64,000 nucleotides of DNA. It comes from Felis catus. Taxonomy: Eukaryota. Below, in pieces: positions 1 to 13,559 of this stretch. The stretch lies in the NCBI RefSeq assembly GCF_018350175.1, contig NC_058383.1:15192001-15256000 (forward strand), in the 5' to 3' direction. Position 1 is the stretch's first letter, and the number at the start of each line of letters is the position of its first letter. Made by a program: the position numbers and the translations under genes. A model generated the notes under the pieces. That model was given only the letters and a program-made list of their open reading frames with translations, was not told the DNA's origin and did no database searches.

Positions 1-40
1 TGGACTCTGAGTGTGATTAAGTGTTAGTCATATCTTAATC

Positions 41-237
41 CAGTGTTTCTCAAGATGCGGCTCCTGGAGTAACAGCATCAGCTTTGCCTGGGAACTTTAC
101 CCCGCAACAACGCAAAATGTGGGGCCCCACTGAATCAGATGTCCTAACTCAGAAATTCTGGGGCTAGGGCCCAGGGATCTGTACTTTAACAAACCCTCCA
201 ACTGATACTGATGCAGGCTCAAGTTTGAGAATCAATG
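41..237. mobile_element. MER5A-like hAT-Charlie MITE
   Basis: Terminal inverted repeats cagtgtttctcaa / ttgagaatcaatg; internal tgtactttaacaaaccctcc. Confidence 0.75.
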
Positions 238-361
238 CCTTATTGAATAGTTTCATTTATATTTTTCTTTTCATGTATGTGTAAGAGAGAGCATTAAAGA
301 TATTTCCAAAAATTCTTTAAAGTATCTTTGCATAGGTATAAAAATAAGAATTCTAAGTCTT

Positions 362-543
362 GAATGTTTATCTATTTTTGAGAGAGAGCGAGGGGGGCCA
401 GAACGAGAGAGGGAGACAGAAGACCTGAAGCAGGCTCTGCACTGACAGTAAAGAGCCACCTGTAGGGCTTGAACCCACGAGCCATGAAATCATGACCTGA
501 GCTGAAGTCAGACACTTAACCGACTGAGCCACCCAGACGTCCC
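362..543 (-). mobile_element. CanSINE
   Basis: tRNA-derived head; TSD aag(a/g)attctaagtctt at 346-361 and 544-559. Confidence 0.9.
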
Positions 544-1040
544 AAGGATTCTAAGTCTTAGGAAACCATTGCTTCATCGCTTCATTAATGCTACCCAAAG
601 AGATAGTGGATCCTCCAGGGAGTGAAGTCTTAGGCGGATGAAATCTGTAGGCAGGGCATTGCAGGTGACACACAGGGCAGAGGACTGCTCAGCCATGGTG
701 GAGCTACTCCACAGACTGACCTGAGGTTGTACCTGAGTTTGTACTCTCACCCCCTTTGCTTGCCATCATTCACTCTAGGCTTGAGACTTCTTCGGGACCC
801 CAATGAGGAGAAAGGCTCCCCCATTTTAGCATCTTCTGCATCAAGGCTGCAGAATCCTTCAGCGGTTGCTCAACATCTCTGGTCAGGTTTCTCTCCACCC
901 CTAAATCCCCACCCAACATACACATCTCCTTGTACTTCTTTATCCTCATTTCGAAGGGAATTAGTGGACAGGAAAGGCAAATGTGGGCTTAGTCTGATGT
1001 CCTGAGCAAAAACAACCTATACTTTTGAGGGAATAAATGG

Positions 1041-1043
1041 GTT

Positions 1044-1077
<34 letters not shown>

Positions 1078-1291
1078 TTTTCTTTTTTAACGTTTATTTA
1101 TTTTTGAGACAGAGAGAGACAGAGCATGAAGAGGGGAGGGGCAGAGAGAGAGGGAGACACAGAATCTGAAACGGGCTCCAGGCTCTGAGCTGTCAGCACA
1201 GAGCCCGACGCGGAGCTCGAACTCACGGACCGTGAGATCATAACCTGAGCCGAAGTTGGACGCTTAACCGACTGAGCCACCCAGGCGCCCC
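1041..1291 (-). mobile_element. CanSINE (felid type)
   Basis: Full head, (CT)n and A-tail. Confidence 0.93.
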
Positions 1292-1379
1292 AATGGTTTT
1301 GACACTATACCAAAAAAACAAGAAAACAAAAAAATAAAACATAGAACCCTGATACCAAATCTGGAAGGAAAAAAAAAAA

Positions 1380-2320
1380 AGAAACAAAGCAGAAAGACGG
1401 AATCTGCTACCCAAAACTCACTTAAAATGTAGAATAAAAATAGCAGCAAATTAAATCTAACAACACAGGAAGAGTTGTGGCCATCTAGAGTTTATCCCAG
1501 GAATGCAAGACAGTTGAATTACGATGTCTAATATTAAGAAATGCCACAAAAACTAGGTCCAATAAGAAAATCATGCCACATTTTCAAAAGAAGCCTCCAA
1601 AGACCGATGCTGTTTAATACTTACTCTTAATAAAAACACAATAACTAGAATTAAAAGCATTCTCCTTTGGCTTGGTAAAGATTTTATACCTTGGGGCACC
1701 TGGGTGGCTCAGTCAGGTAAGCGTCTGACTTCAGCTCAGGTTGTGATCTCACAGTTCGTGAATTTGAGCCCTGAGTAGAGCTCTGTACTGACAGCTTGGA
1801 GCCTGGAGCCTGCCTCAGATTCTGTGTCTCCCTCTCTCTGTCCCTCCGCCATCAGTGCTCACACTCTCTCTCTCTCAAAAATAAATAAACATTGAAAAAA
1901 ATTTTTAAGATTTTATATCTTAATTAAATAGCCAACAGTATAACCTACCATATAGAATACTTTTGACTGGGGCATTTCCATAAAATAAAGAATAACACAA
2001 AGACGGCAGCAAGCCAGATTACTATTTTACAGTGTTATGGAAGTTCTGCCTGATGCAAAAATACGTGTCACAGACACAAATGCATAACCACAGTAAATAT
2101 TATCACATATTGTCAATAGGAGTATTAGTACATATTATCAAACATCTAAAAATTCCAAATGTGTCAAAAACAAACTGAAAGTTAGCAAGAGAATTCAGTA
2201 AAGGAGAAAGAACTTTTAAAATTAGTGCTTTTTCATTTAGAAAAAATAGAGGGTAGGGAGAGAATCTATTCAAAATTATAACAAGAAAACATCTAAAATA
2301 AATCTAACAAAAATTTTTTG
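1380..2320 (+). mobile_element. Ancient L1M ORF2 remnant
   Basis: gagtttatcccaggaatgcaag (FIPGMQ motif) and A-rich L1-like sequence. Confidence 0.55.
1693..1906 (+). mobile_element. CanSINE
   Basis: TSD aagattttata(c/t)ctt. Confidence 0.93.
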
Positions 2321-2741
2321 TTCAGATAATTAACAGTGTTGAGGTTGGATGCATTTTTGATGTTGAATTGTCTTTAAAAGTTTGGTTTTTACTAAAAAGT
2401 GTTAAATATACTCTTTAAAAAGTCAAACAGTTCTACAAAGCTCACACCAACCCCGATCTTCAATTCCCTGACACATGGCCAATTCCTGGCTTCTCAATGT
2501 CCGATATGTTTATGGGCTTACCACTATGGAAGATGAGGATTTGCTCTCCATCATGCCCACCCCCAACACTCCCACATGGTCCTCCCATCCCCCATATTCA
2601 CAATGTGCTTCTAATTAGACTTGAGGGTCACTCCATTCCATTTACACCGGTATTCCCTGTCATATATTATGAATCCTTTTCCTTTTAGAAGCAACTTTTA
2701 TTTCCCCTGGAGTTACTCCATTTCTTGAATGTTTTCGTTAC

Positions 2742-3125
2742 ACTTTTTTTTAATTAGTAGACTAGTTATTAGAGAAGTTTTAGGTTTACAGAAAAAAAAT
2801 GAGTGGAAAGGGCAGAGTTCCCAGCTACCCCCAGACCCCCTACACACAAAGTTTCCCATATTATTAACATGTTGCATTAATTGTAGTACACTTGTTACAA
2901 TTGTTGAGTTAATAGCGATACATTAGTATTACCTAATTTCCATGGTTTACATTGGAGTTCATTCTTTGTATTGTATATTCTATGGATTTGACAAATGAAT
3001 CATGACACCATCGCTGTACCATACAGAATAGTTTCACTGCCCTAGGAATCTCCTATGTGCCACCTGTTCATCCCTCCTCCCACCTTCTGAACCCCTGGAA
3101 ACCACTGATCTTTCTACTGTCTCAT
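2742..3125 (-). mobile_element. L1MB/MC 3' end
   Basis: agttttaggtttacagaaaa...cccctggaaaccactgatctttctactgtctc, typical of old L1 3'UTRs. Confidence 0.65.
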
Positions 3126-3684
3126 TGCACTTCCTAATGTACTTAGCACTAGTTCAAAACTAAATGCTTCTCCAATTGTGTACAACTCCATGTGTTCTAC
3201 TGTGAAGATATTTGTAAATTTCATATTCTTGAAAATCACTCTCCAGGTGTTTCCTGAACTGCTCCACTGGGGACCTGTTACCCTCCGGTCTTGGTGAAGG
3301 TGTCATTGTGGTATCCCCTGCATCATCGTTCTAAAGGGCCCCTTCACCTCTGTCCTGTGTTGGATGCCTATTTTGGGGGTTCCAGCACATTCTCTGGTAG
3401 AACTACAAGAAAGCCCATGGGCAAGGGGCGGGGGTTGTATTCTGAGAACCTTGCCTGCCCCCAAATCCTGATCTTCCCTTGGCTTTAAGTGATTGCTTAT
3501 GAAATTGCTTGAAAAGCATGATTGCTATTTTACAGTGTTGTTCTTCCTGCAGCAAAAACACTTGACACAGAGTCAGAATGTGTAACAGGAGTAGGTAAAA
3601 TAGTAAACAGCTGCACACGTTTTATATCTTAAAAGTCCAAGTGTGTCAAAAATAAATCTTGCTATGAAATTTAATGTTCGGCAT

Positions 3685-4059
3685 CCTTATGGACTGAATT
3701 GTGTTTCCCAAAACTTCACGTATTAAAGTCCCAACCTGTAGTGTAACTAGATTTCAAGATAGGGTCTGTAAGGGGGTAATTAAGTTAAACGCGGTCCTAT
3801 AGGGCCTAATCTGGTAGGCCCGGTGTCCTTATAAGAAGAGGAGGAGATGCCTGAGCTCTTTCTCTGTGCATACTCAGATGAAAGATCATGTGAGAACAGT
3901 AAGAAGGAAGCCAAGAAAAGAGGCCTCACCAGAAGCTAACCTGCAGGCACCATGATCTTGGACTTCCCAGCCTCCAGAGCAGTGAGAAAATAAACCTGTT
4001 GTATAAGCCATTTGGTCTGTGGTATCTTATTATTTATGGCAGCTCAAGTAACTAATACA
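3685..4059 (+). mobile_element. MLT1A-type MaLR solo LTR
   Basis: tatggactgaattgtgtttccc...gtgtccttataagaagagg...ggacttcccagcctccagag...taactaataca. Confidence 0.85.
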
Positions 4060-4259
4060 GAAGTTATTTTCCCTTTTCAAAGGCATTTTTCCATTTTCTT
4101 CCAGTAACCAGTCTTATATGGAGAAACTCATAGCCATTTTTTTTCTCTGAAAACCTCTAGAGTCTTATTTTTATTTTCAATGTTCTGAAATTTCACAGTG
4201 AAAATTTTTCCCAGCCATCCCATCTAAAATTTCAGCCTTCTCCTTTCTTGCTTAATTTT

Positions 4260-4415
4260 ACTTGTTTATCTTGCTGCATTTTGTCTGCTTAGCTAGTCTG
4301 TGCCTCGTGAGGGCCAGGACTTTGGTCTGTCTTTTCACTGTTGTGTTCCCAAAGCTAGACCAATGCCCGCGGTGGAGCAGGTGCTTGGCAAGCATCTGCT
4401 GGGAGAAGAATGAAC
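4260..4415 (+). mobile_element. L2 3' end
   Basis: gagggccaggactttggtctgtcttttcactg...aggtgcttggcaagcatctgctgg...aatgaa. Confidence 0.65.
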
Positions 4416-4708
4416 AAAAGACCACAATGCAGGCCTATTTGCATTTGTATCTTCAGTTCTGGGAATTTTTCTGGAACCGTTTCTTTCATTATAGCCATTC
4501 CTCTTTTTCTGTTCTCTACATCTAGAACTTCCATTGTTGGGATATTGGACTGCTTCGACTAGTCCTCGAATTTTATTTTTCTCTATTTTCAAACTCCTTT
4601 CGCTCTACTTTATGGCAGATTTCTTAATTTTATCTTCCAAACATTGCATTGAGTTCATCACATCTTCTATTTTGCTTTTAATTTCCAAGCATTCCTTTTT
4701 GTTCTGAG

Positions 4709-4912
4709 TCTTCTTCTTCTTCTTCCTTCTTCTTCTTCTTTCTTCTTCTTTCTTCTTCTTCTTCTTCTTCTTCTTCTTCTTCTTCTTCTTCTTCTTCTTC
4801 TTCCTTCTTCTTCTTCTTCTTCTTCTTCTTCTTCTTCTTCTTCTCCCTCTCCTCCTCCTCCTCCTCCTCCTCCTCCTCCTCCTCCTCCTTCTCCTCCTCC
4901 TCCTCCTTCTTC
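4709..4912. repeat. (TTC)n(TCC)n pure pyrimidine tract, 204 nt
   Basis: Directly visible; abuts the tail of the minus-strand SINE at 4913. Confidence 0.97.
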
Positions 4913-5080
4913 AAGTTTATTTATCTGAGAGACAGAGCATGTGCAAGTGGGAGAATGGCAGAGACAGAGGAGAGAGAGAGAATCTGCACTATCTGACGCA
5001 GGGTTCAGATCCACGAACCCCGAGATCACTACCTGAGGCCGAAGTTGGACACTTAACCCACTGAGTCACCCAGGTGCCTC
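4913..5080 (-). mobile_element. CanSINE
   Basis: Head at 5080; tail replaced by a GAA/GGA array. Confidence 0.88.
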
Positions 5081-5594
5081 CTTCTTTCTTAAAATTACAT
5101 CCTGTTCTATTCCTGCTTAATGAATGTATTATGCTCTCTTATTTCTCTGAGATTATTAGTGATTGTTCTTTTTAAACTTTTCTTTTTCTTGAATTGTCTG
5201 CTTCCTCTGAGGTTCTTTCTGGTTGTTTGTTTGCATTATAATTTTTCACATGAGAGCATTTCCTTAGCCCATCAGATGGGTCTTGATGTCCTATGCGTGT
5301 TTAGAAGCTGAGGGTTAAGAACTGGCTGGAACCTAGGCAGGTGGTCTGACTGGGTCAGTCCATTGGCAGTATTGTGAGGTCAGGATCTTAAGTCTTTTTT
5401 CCTGGGATGGTCAGGATCCTTAGCATGAGGTTGCCTATAATATTGGGGCAACAGTTCACTTGCCTTAGATAGACTAGTGTCCCTCAACTACTGGGAGACA
5501 CACTTTTCAGGAAACCTCCAGTTGCCTGCTGGGGTGGAGGAAGTTGTGGACGGTACATCAGGATGGAGGTGTGGAAGTGAGGATGCTATTGCTT

Positions 5595-7330
5595 TTTTTT
5601 TTTAACTCTATGTTGAAATAATTTTAGACTTATATCAAAGCTGCTAAAATAGGGTGACAGTTCTTGTGTAGGCTTCACTCAGCCTCCCCTGATGTTAACA
5701 TCCTCTATAACCCAATATACAATGATCAAAACCCGGATATTGGCACTGATACAATACTATCAACTAAACCGTAGACCTTGTTCAGATTTTAACAGTTTTC
5801 TCTTCATTCAGTTGTTTTCTTTTCTTTTTTTTTTTCTGATGTTTAGCTATATGAATTTAATGATACATTTAGATTTGTGTAACCACCACAGCAATCAGGA
5901 TACAGAACAGTTGTCACCCCCCAAAACTCCCTCATGCTGTTTCTTTAAAATCCTACCCTCTTTCCGCTCCTAGCCCTGGAAAACCCTGCTCTGTCCTCCA
6001 ACACTACAATTTGTCATTTTTAGAATGTTATATAAGGGAATAATACAGCACGTAACCTTTTGAGTTTGACTTTTCTCACTTAATGGAATGTCCTTGAGAT
6101 CCGCCCAATCTGTCACATGCATCAATAGTTCCTCCCGTTTGTTTGTTTCTGAGCAGTATTCCACTACATAGATGTATCCCAATTCATGTGGCCATTCACC
6201 TATTGAAGGACCTTTAGGTCTTTCACAGGTTTGGGCAATTACAAAGAAACGTTTTATAAGCATCTGCGTCCACGCTTGAGTGTGAACATACGTTTCAATT
6301 CTCGCAGGAGTAAAATTTCTGGGACATACAAATACTAAGATCAATATTTAAGGGTACCAGCAAACTCTTTCCCTGAGTAGCTGTGTCATTTTGCATTCCA
6401 ACCAGCAGTGTGTGAGAGTTCCAGATTCTCCATATCCCCGCCAACCATCACTTGGTTTTGTCAGTATTTTTCATTTTGGTTACTTCTAACAGACCTTTCG
6501 TAGCTCATTGTGGTTTTAATTTGCATTTCCCCAGTGGCTAATGCTATTAACAATTTTTCATGTGCTTAGTTTTTTCATCCTCTTTGGTGAAATATCTGTT
6601 CCAGTCTTTTGCCCATCTTTAAATTGGTTGTTTTCTGGGGCACCTGGGTGGCGCAGTCGGTTAAGCATCCGACTTCAGCCAGGTCACGATCTCGCGGTCC
6701 GTGAGTTCGAGCCCCGCGTCAGGCTCTGGGCTGATGGCTCAGAGCCTGGAGCCTGTTTCCGATTCTGTGTCTCCCTCTCTCTCTGCCCCTCCCCCATTCA
6801 TGCTCTGTCTCTCTCTGTCCCAAAAATAAATAAACGTTGAAAAAAAAAATTTTTTTAAATAAATAAATTGGTTGTTTTCTTACTGTTGCATTTAAAGAGC
6901 TCTTTGTATATTGAAGATACAAGTCTGTTGTTAGATATGTGATGTGCAAATATTTTTTACATTCTGTAGTTCTTTTAAGTTGTTTAATATCATCTTTCAC
7001 AGAGCAAAAGTTTTGATTTATCTGGGTGTTTTTTTTCTTTTATTGATGGTGCTTTTCCTGTCATGTCTAAGAAATTCAAGTATTCCAGATTACTAAGACT
7101 TTTTCCTGTTTTCTTCCAAAAGTTTATCTTCTTTTTTCTCTTCATATCTATGATCAATTTTGAGTACGCTGTTTTTAATAAAATGTGGGGTTGAACTTGC
7201 ATTTCACTTGTTTACCAATAGATGTCCAATTTCTCCAACATCATTTGTTGAAAAAATGGTCCTTGTTCCATTGAATTCTTTTGCATCTTGTTCAAAATTC
7301 AGTTGACTGTACTTGTGTGGGTTTAGTTTA
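5595..7330 (-). mobile_element. Old L1 (L1MB/MC-like) 3' fragments
   Basis: Degenerate ORF2 C-terminus in ORFs 5970, 6719 and 6990. Confidence 0.7.
6637..6864 (+). mobile_element. Young SINEC_Fc-type CanSINE
   Basis: Perfect TSD aaattggttgttttct at 6621-6636 and 6865-6880. Confidence 0.95.
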
Positions 7331-7835
7331 TTAACATACCATGGTGTAGCTTTTCTTTTTCCTAACTGAGGTGTAACTGACATACATTATATCAGTTTCA
7401 GATATACAACATAATGACTTGATATTTGTGTATATTGTGAAATAATTACCACAGTAAGTTTAGTTAACATCTGAAATCATAGTTATAGAATTCATTTTCT
7501 TGTGATGAGAACTTTTAAGACTTAATCTCTAAACAACTTTCAGATATGCAATACAGTATTATTAATTATGGCTGCCATGCTGTACAATATATCTCCATGG
7601 CATTTATTTATAATTGGAAGTTTGTGCCTCTTAACTCCCTTAACCCATTTTGCCCATTTCTCGCCCCCACTCCCATCTCTGACAACCTCCAATCTGTTTT
7701 TATATCCATGAGTTATTTTGTTGTTGTTATTGTTGTTTTGGATTCAATGTATAAGTGAGATCAAATAGTATTCATATTTTGTGTCTGGCTTATTTCAATT
7801 AGCATGATGCTCTCAAGATAGATACTGCACAATTT

Positions 7836-8257
7836 CTTTTTTTTTTCAAACTTTTAATTTAAATTGTAGTTAGTTAACATATGGTGTAATATTGGTGTCA
7901 GGAGTAGAATTTAGTAATTCATCACTTATATATAACCCCCAGTGCTCATTGTAACAAGTGCACTCCTAATAGCCATCACCTATCTAGCCCATCCCCCACC
8001 CACCTTCCTCCATCAACCCTCAGTTTGTTCTCTATCGTAAAAAGTCTCTTATGGTTTATTTCCTCTCTCTTTTTTCTTTTTTCCCACCTTTCTCATATGT
8101 TCATCTGTTTTGTTTCTTAAATTCCACATATGAGTGAAATCATATGGTATTTGTTTTTGCCTGACTGACTTATTTCATTTAGTGTAATACACTGTAGTTC
8201 TACCCATGTCATTGCAAATGGCAAGGTTTCATTCCTTTTGATGGCTGAGTAATATTC

Positions 8258-8299
<42 letters not shown>

Positions 8300-10515
8300 G
8301 TCTGTCTGTTCATCAGTCAATGGACATTTGGGGTCTTGTTGATAATGCTGCAGTAAACATAGGGATACATGTACCATTTCAAATCTGTATTTTTGTAACC
8401 TTTGGGTAAATACCTAGTAGGTAACTGCTGGAAGAAACTCCGTACTGTTTTCCAGAGTGGCTGCACCAGTTTGCATTCCCACCAACAGTGCAGGAGGATT
8501 CCCCTTTCTCTGCATCCTCACCAACACCTGTTGTCTCTTGTGTTGCTAATTCTGACAGGTGTGAGGTGGTATCTCATTGTAGTTTTGATTTTTATTTCTC
8601 TGATGAAGAATGATTTTGAGCATCTTTTCATGTGTCTGTTGGCCATCTGGATGTCTTCTTTGGAAAAATGTCTATTCATGTCTTCTACCTATTTATTAAC
8701 TGGATTATTTGGTTTTGGGGTGTTGAGTTTGATAAGTTCTTTATAGATTTTGGATACTAACCCTTTATCAGATATGTTATTTGCAAATAATTTCTCCCAT
8801 TCCATAGGCTGCCTTTTAGTTTTATTGATTGTTTTCTTCGCTGTGCAGAAGCTTTTTATCTTGATGAAGTCCCAATAGTTTGTGTTTGTTTTTGTTTTCC
8901 TTCCCTTCAGCAATATGTCTAGTAAGAAGTTGCCATGGTCCAGGTCAAAGAGTTTGCAGCCTGTGCTCTCCTCTAAGATATTGATGGTTTTCTGTCTCAC
9001 ACTTAGGTCTTTTATCCATTTTACATTTATTTTTGTGTATGGTGTAAGAAAGTGGTTCAATTTCATTCTTCTGCATGTCACTGTCCAGTTTTCCCAACAC
9101 CATTTGTTGAAGACATTTTTTCCATTGGATATTGTTTCCTGCTTTGTCAAAGATAGGTTGACCATATAGTTGTGGGTCCGTTTCTGGGTTTTCTATTCTG
9201 TTCCATGATCTAAGAGCGTTTTTGTGCCAGTACCATACTCTCTTGATGATTACAGGTTTGTAATACAGCTTGAAGTCCGGGACTGTGATGCCTCCAGCTT
9301 TGGTGTTCCTTTTCAGGATCACTTTGGCTATTCAGGGTCTTTTCTAGTTCCGTACAAATGTTAGAATTGTTTGTTCTAGTTCTGTAAAAAATGCCAGTGG
9401 TATTTTGTAAGGATTGCATTAAATGTGTAGATTGCTTTGGGTAGTATAGACATTTTAACAATGTTTGTTTTTCCAATCCATGAGCCTGGAATGTTTTTCC
9501 ATTTCTTTGTGTCCCCTTCGATTTCCTTCAAAAGTTTTCTGTAGTTTTCAGATACAGATCTTTTACCCCTTTGGTTAGGTTTATTCCTAGGTATCTTGTA
9601 GATTTTGGTGCAATTGTGAATGCGACCGATTCCCTGATTTCTTTTTCTGCTGCTTCATCACTGGTGTATAGAAATGCAACAGATTTCTGTATGTTGATTT
9701 TATAGCCTGTGACTTTGCTGAATTCATGTATTAGTTCTAGCAATTTTTTGGTGGAGTCTTTTGAAATTTCTACATAGAATATCATGCTGTCTGCAAATAG
9801 TGAAAGTTTGACTTATTTCTTGCTGATTTGGATACCTTTTATTTCTTCTTGTCTGATTGCTAAAGCTAAGGCTTCCAGTACTATGTTAAATAGTAATGGT
9901 GAAAGTAGACATGGCTACCTTGTTCCTACGATAGAGGAAAAGCCCTCAGTTTTTCCTCATTGAGGATGATATCAGCTGTGAGTCTTTCATATATGTCCTT
10001 TATGATGTTCCTTCTTTCCCTACTTTGTTGAGAGTTTTTATCAAGAACAAATGCTGTATTTTGTCAAATGTCTTTTCTGCATCTATTTACAGGATCATAT
10101 GGTTCTTATCCTTTCTTTTATTAATGTGGCGTATCACGTTGATTGATTTGCAAATATTGAACCATCCCTGCAGTCCAGGAATAAATCCCATTTGATCATG
10201 GTGAATAATTCTTCTAATCTACTGTCAGATTTGATTTGCTAGTATCTTGTTGAGAATTTTTGCATCCATGCTCATCACTGGCCTTTAATTCTCCTTTTTA
10301 GTGGTCTTTAGGAGTTTGGCCTTTTGTTTGTTGTGAGATTTTTGATTACTGATTCAATTTCTTTGCTGGTTATGGGTCTGTTCAGGTTTTCCATTGCTCT
10401 CTGTTTCAGTTTTGGTAGTTTGTATGTTTCTAGCAATTTGTCCATTTCGTCCAAATTGCCCAGTTTGGAGCATATAATTTTTCCGAATATTCCATTATGA
10501 TTATTTGTATTTTTG
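7836..10515 (-). mobile_element. 5'-truncated carnivore L1 inserted into an L1MA9-like element
   Basis: ORF2 fragments (8689, 8945, 9528 ORFs), carnivore-type 3'UTR, (TG)n at ~8260-8300, and a degenerate flank duplication cacaat(t/g)tcttt. Confidence 0.88.
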
Positions 10516-10966
10516 CATGTATCACAATGTCTTTAGCCATTTTTCTGTTGATAGACCCTTAGATTTTTTCCATATCTTGACTATTACCAATAATGCTGCG
10601 TTGAACATGGATGTGCATATATCTTTTTAAGTCAATGTTTTCATTTTCTTTGGATGAATACCCAGAAATGGAATTGCTGGACAATATGGTCGTTCTGTTT
10701 TTTTTTATTTTTTGAGGTGCTTCCATACTGTTTTTTTTAGTGGTGCACCTATTTACACTCCCACCAACAGTACATGAGTGTTCCCTTTTCTCCATATCTT
10801 CACAGACTCTTGTTATTTCTTGTCTTTTTGATAGTAGCCATTCTAACAGATATGAGGTGGTATTTCATTGTGGTTTTCATTTGCACTTCCTCTTGAGGAA
10901 ATGTTGAGCACCTTTTCATTGTACTGTTGGTCATATGTAGCCCTTCTTTAGAAGAATGTCTACTTA

Positions 10967-11199
10967 GGGGCGCCTGGGTGGTTCAGTCGGTTAAGCATCC
11001 GACTTCGGCTCAGGTCATGATCTCGCGGTCTGTGAGTCTATGAGTTCAAGCCCCGCGTCAGGCTCTGTGCTGACAGCTCAGAGCCTGGAGCCTGTTTCAG
11101 ATTCTGTGTCTCCCTCTCTCTGACCCTCCCCCATTCATGCTCTGTCTCTCTCTGTCTCAAAAATAAATAAACGTTAAAAAAAAATTAAAAAAAAAAAAC
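10967..11199 (+). mobile_element. CanSINE
   Basis: Perfect TSD aagaatgtctactta. Confidence 0.95.
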
Positions 11200-11384
11200 A
11201 AGAATGTCTACTTAGATCCTCTACCCATTTTTAACTAGATTAGGTGTTTCTTGTTATCGAGCTGTATGAGTTCTTTACATATTTTGAACATTATCAGATA
11301 TATGATTTGCAAATATTTTCTGCCATTCAATAGTTGCCTTTTCACTTTATTAATGGTTTCCTTCGCTGTGCAGATGTTTTTCAA

Positions 11385-11560
11385 TTTACCAAAATGTGAC
11401 ACAGAGACATGAAATGAGCAAATGCTATTGCAAAACAAATGCTACTGGAACCGTGGACTCCTTGATGCAGAGTTACCACAAACCTTCAATTCGTGTGCAA
11501 AAAAAAAAAATGCAATTTCTGTGAAGCACAATTAAGTGAAGTAAAATGAGATATGCCTAA
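11385..11560 (-). mobile_element. Tigger1 DNA transposon left end
   Basis: Reverse complement matches the recalled Tigger1 start (caggcatacctc...gaaggtttgtgg...gtctctgtgtcacattttggtaa). Confidence 0.75.
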
Positions 11561-11569
11561 ATACTCATG

Positions 11570-11661
11570 GGTACATTTTCCCCAGAGAGAAGGTACAAAT
11601 TTCAACCAGCCAAAGGAAGAGAGTCATGTAGCAGAGTCTGGAACAAGTCATTATGCTTGAC

Positions 11662-11703
<42 letters not shown>

Positions 11704-11960
11704 TGCCAACAAAGGAAGCCCACCCCAGCTTTGGTATCCAGAGTTGCTGTTGAGATTTCATTAGATAGACATGACTGAATGTCCATTGCCCACGGAATTT
11801 AACTCCATCCCCAGCCCTCTTCCCCTACCCACTCTCTGGATATTGGGCTGATATCACATGTTCCAAGGAGCCTACCATGAATCACCCCATTAGCATAAAT
11901 TATCAGGTGTGGTCTGAGTAACTCACCATAAATAACAAAGGCACTGGGAAATGTGAGCCA
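11570..11960 (-). mobile_element. MER21-like LTR fragment with (CA)n
   Basis: Resembles the reverse complement of the element at 51938-52755. Confidence 0.5.
11685..11701. repeat. End of the (CA)n microsatellite spanning 11663-11701
   Basis: Directly visible. Confidence 0.9.
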
Positions 11961-13559
11961 ATGACTATGACCAGACCCCTCCTTGGGTGATTCCTTATTA
12001 CACATACTATAGAGAAATGTGGGGACAATTGACATCTTTGTTGAATCTTCCAATTCATGAACATGATATGTCGTTCCATTTATTTAGCTCTTCTCTGATT
12101 TTTTTCACCACTGTTTTGTACTTTCAAGCATACAAATGTTGTACATGTTTTTCTAGAATTCTGTTTGGGGTGGGGGAGCTAATGTATGTGGTATTATTTT
12201 AAATTTTGGTTTTCAGTTGTTCATTACTAACTTATAGACATACGATGTTTTTTATGTTTGCCTTGTATGTTGCTAAGCTCAATTATAAGTTCTAGCCTTT
12301 TTGTTATAGATTTCTTGGGATTTTCTGCATAAACAATTTTGTGAGCAGTTTTATTTCTTCCTTTCTGATATGTTTTTTTATTTGTTTGTTTTTGTCTTTT
12401 ACTTTTTTTCTTGCCTTATTGCACTGGCTAAGATTTTTAGTACTATGTTGAATAAGAGAGGTAAGAGCAGATGTTCTTGCTCTGTACTCAATTTTAGAGG
12501 AAAAGCATTCAATCTTTCAATATGAAGTATGACATTACTTGTGGATATTTTATAGATGCTCTTTATCAAGTTGAGATGAACAGGTATTGAAATTGTTAAA
12601 CAATTTTTCCCACACCAATTGATATGATCATATGGTTTTTCTTCCATGAACTGTTAATATGGTGGATTAGCTTGATTGGTTTTTGAATGTTTAACCAGGT
12701 TTTCATTTCTAGAATAAAACCCACTTGGTGATGTTGTACTATTCTTATGTAGAGATTAAATTGATTTACAAATATTTTATTTGTATTTTATGTCCATATT
12801 TATGAGAGATATTGCTCTGTGTTTTTTTTTCTTTGTACCATCTTGATCTGGTTTTGATTCTATGCTGCCTGTATAAAATTAGTTGGGAAATATTTCCTCT
12901 CTATTTTCTAGAAAAAAAGTACACAGATTTGGTGTTTTTCTTCTTTAGATGTTTGGTATAAGTCACAACTAATATCATCTGGATTGGTGTTATGAGTTGA
13001 ACTGTGTTCCCCCAAAATTTATATGTTGAAGTCTTAATCCTAAGTACTGCATAACATGGTTTTATTTTGAGATAGGATCTTTAAAGACGTAATTAAGTGA
13101 AAATGAACTCATTAGAGTGGGTCTAATCCAATCATTGGTATCCTTATAAAGAGATTAAGACACATACTCAGAGGGAATACTGTAGTAAGACAGAAGGAGA
13201 ATACAGACATCAGCAAGCCAAGGTGATAGACCTCAGAAGAAACCAATCCTGCTGACATTTGATCTCAGACTTCTAGCCTCCAGAATTTTATTTTACTTTA
13301 TTTTTTTCAATATATGAAGTTTATTATCAAATTGGTTTCCATACAATACCCAGTGCTCATCCCAAAAGGTGCCCTCCTCAATACCCATCACCCACCCTCC
13401 CCTCCCTCCCACCCCCCATCAACCCTCAGCTTGTTCTCAGTTTTTAACAGTCTCTTATGCTTTGGTTCTCTCCCACTCTGACCTCCTTTTTTTTTTTCCT
13501 TCCCCTCCCCCATGGGTTTCTGTTAAGTTTCTCAGGATCCGCATAAGAGTGAAAACATA

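Larger units (their letters stand above)
7355..11380 (-). mobile_element. L1MA9-like 3' portion (7355-7835 + 10516-11380)
   Basis: L1MA 3'UTR motifs; ORF2 C-terminal remnants resume after the nested L1. Confidence 0.65.

Noticed and set aside
1098..1280. Recurrent ORFs like MAQSVKRPTSAQVMIS... throughout the window, and tRNA-like A/B boxes
   Set aside because: All derive from CanSINEs; they are neither genes nor true tRNAs
4667..5029. Poly-G/E/R/K ORFs
   Set aside because: Translations of the GAA/GGA microsatellite plus a SINE
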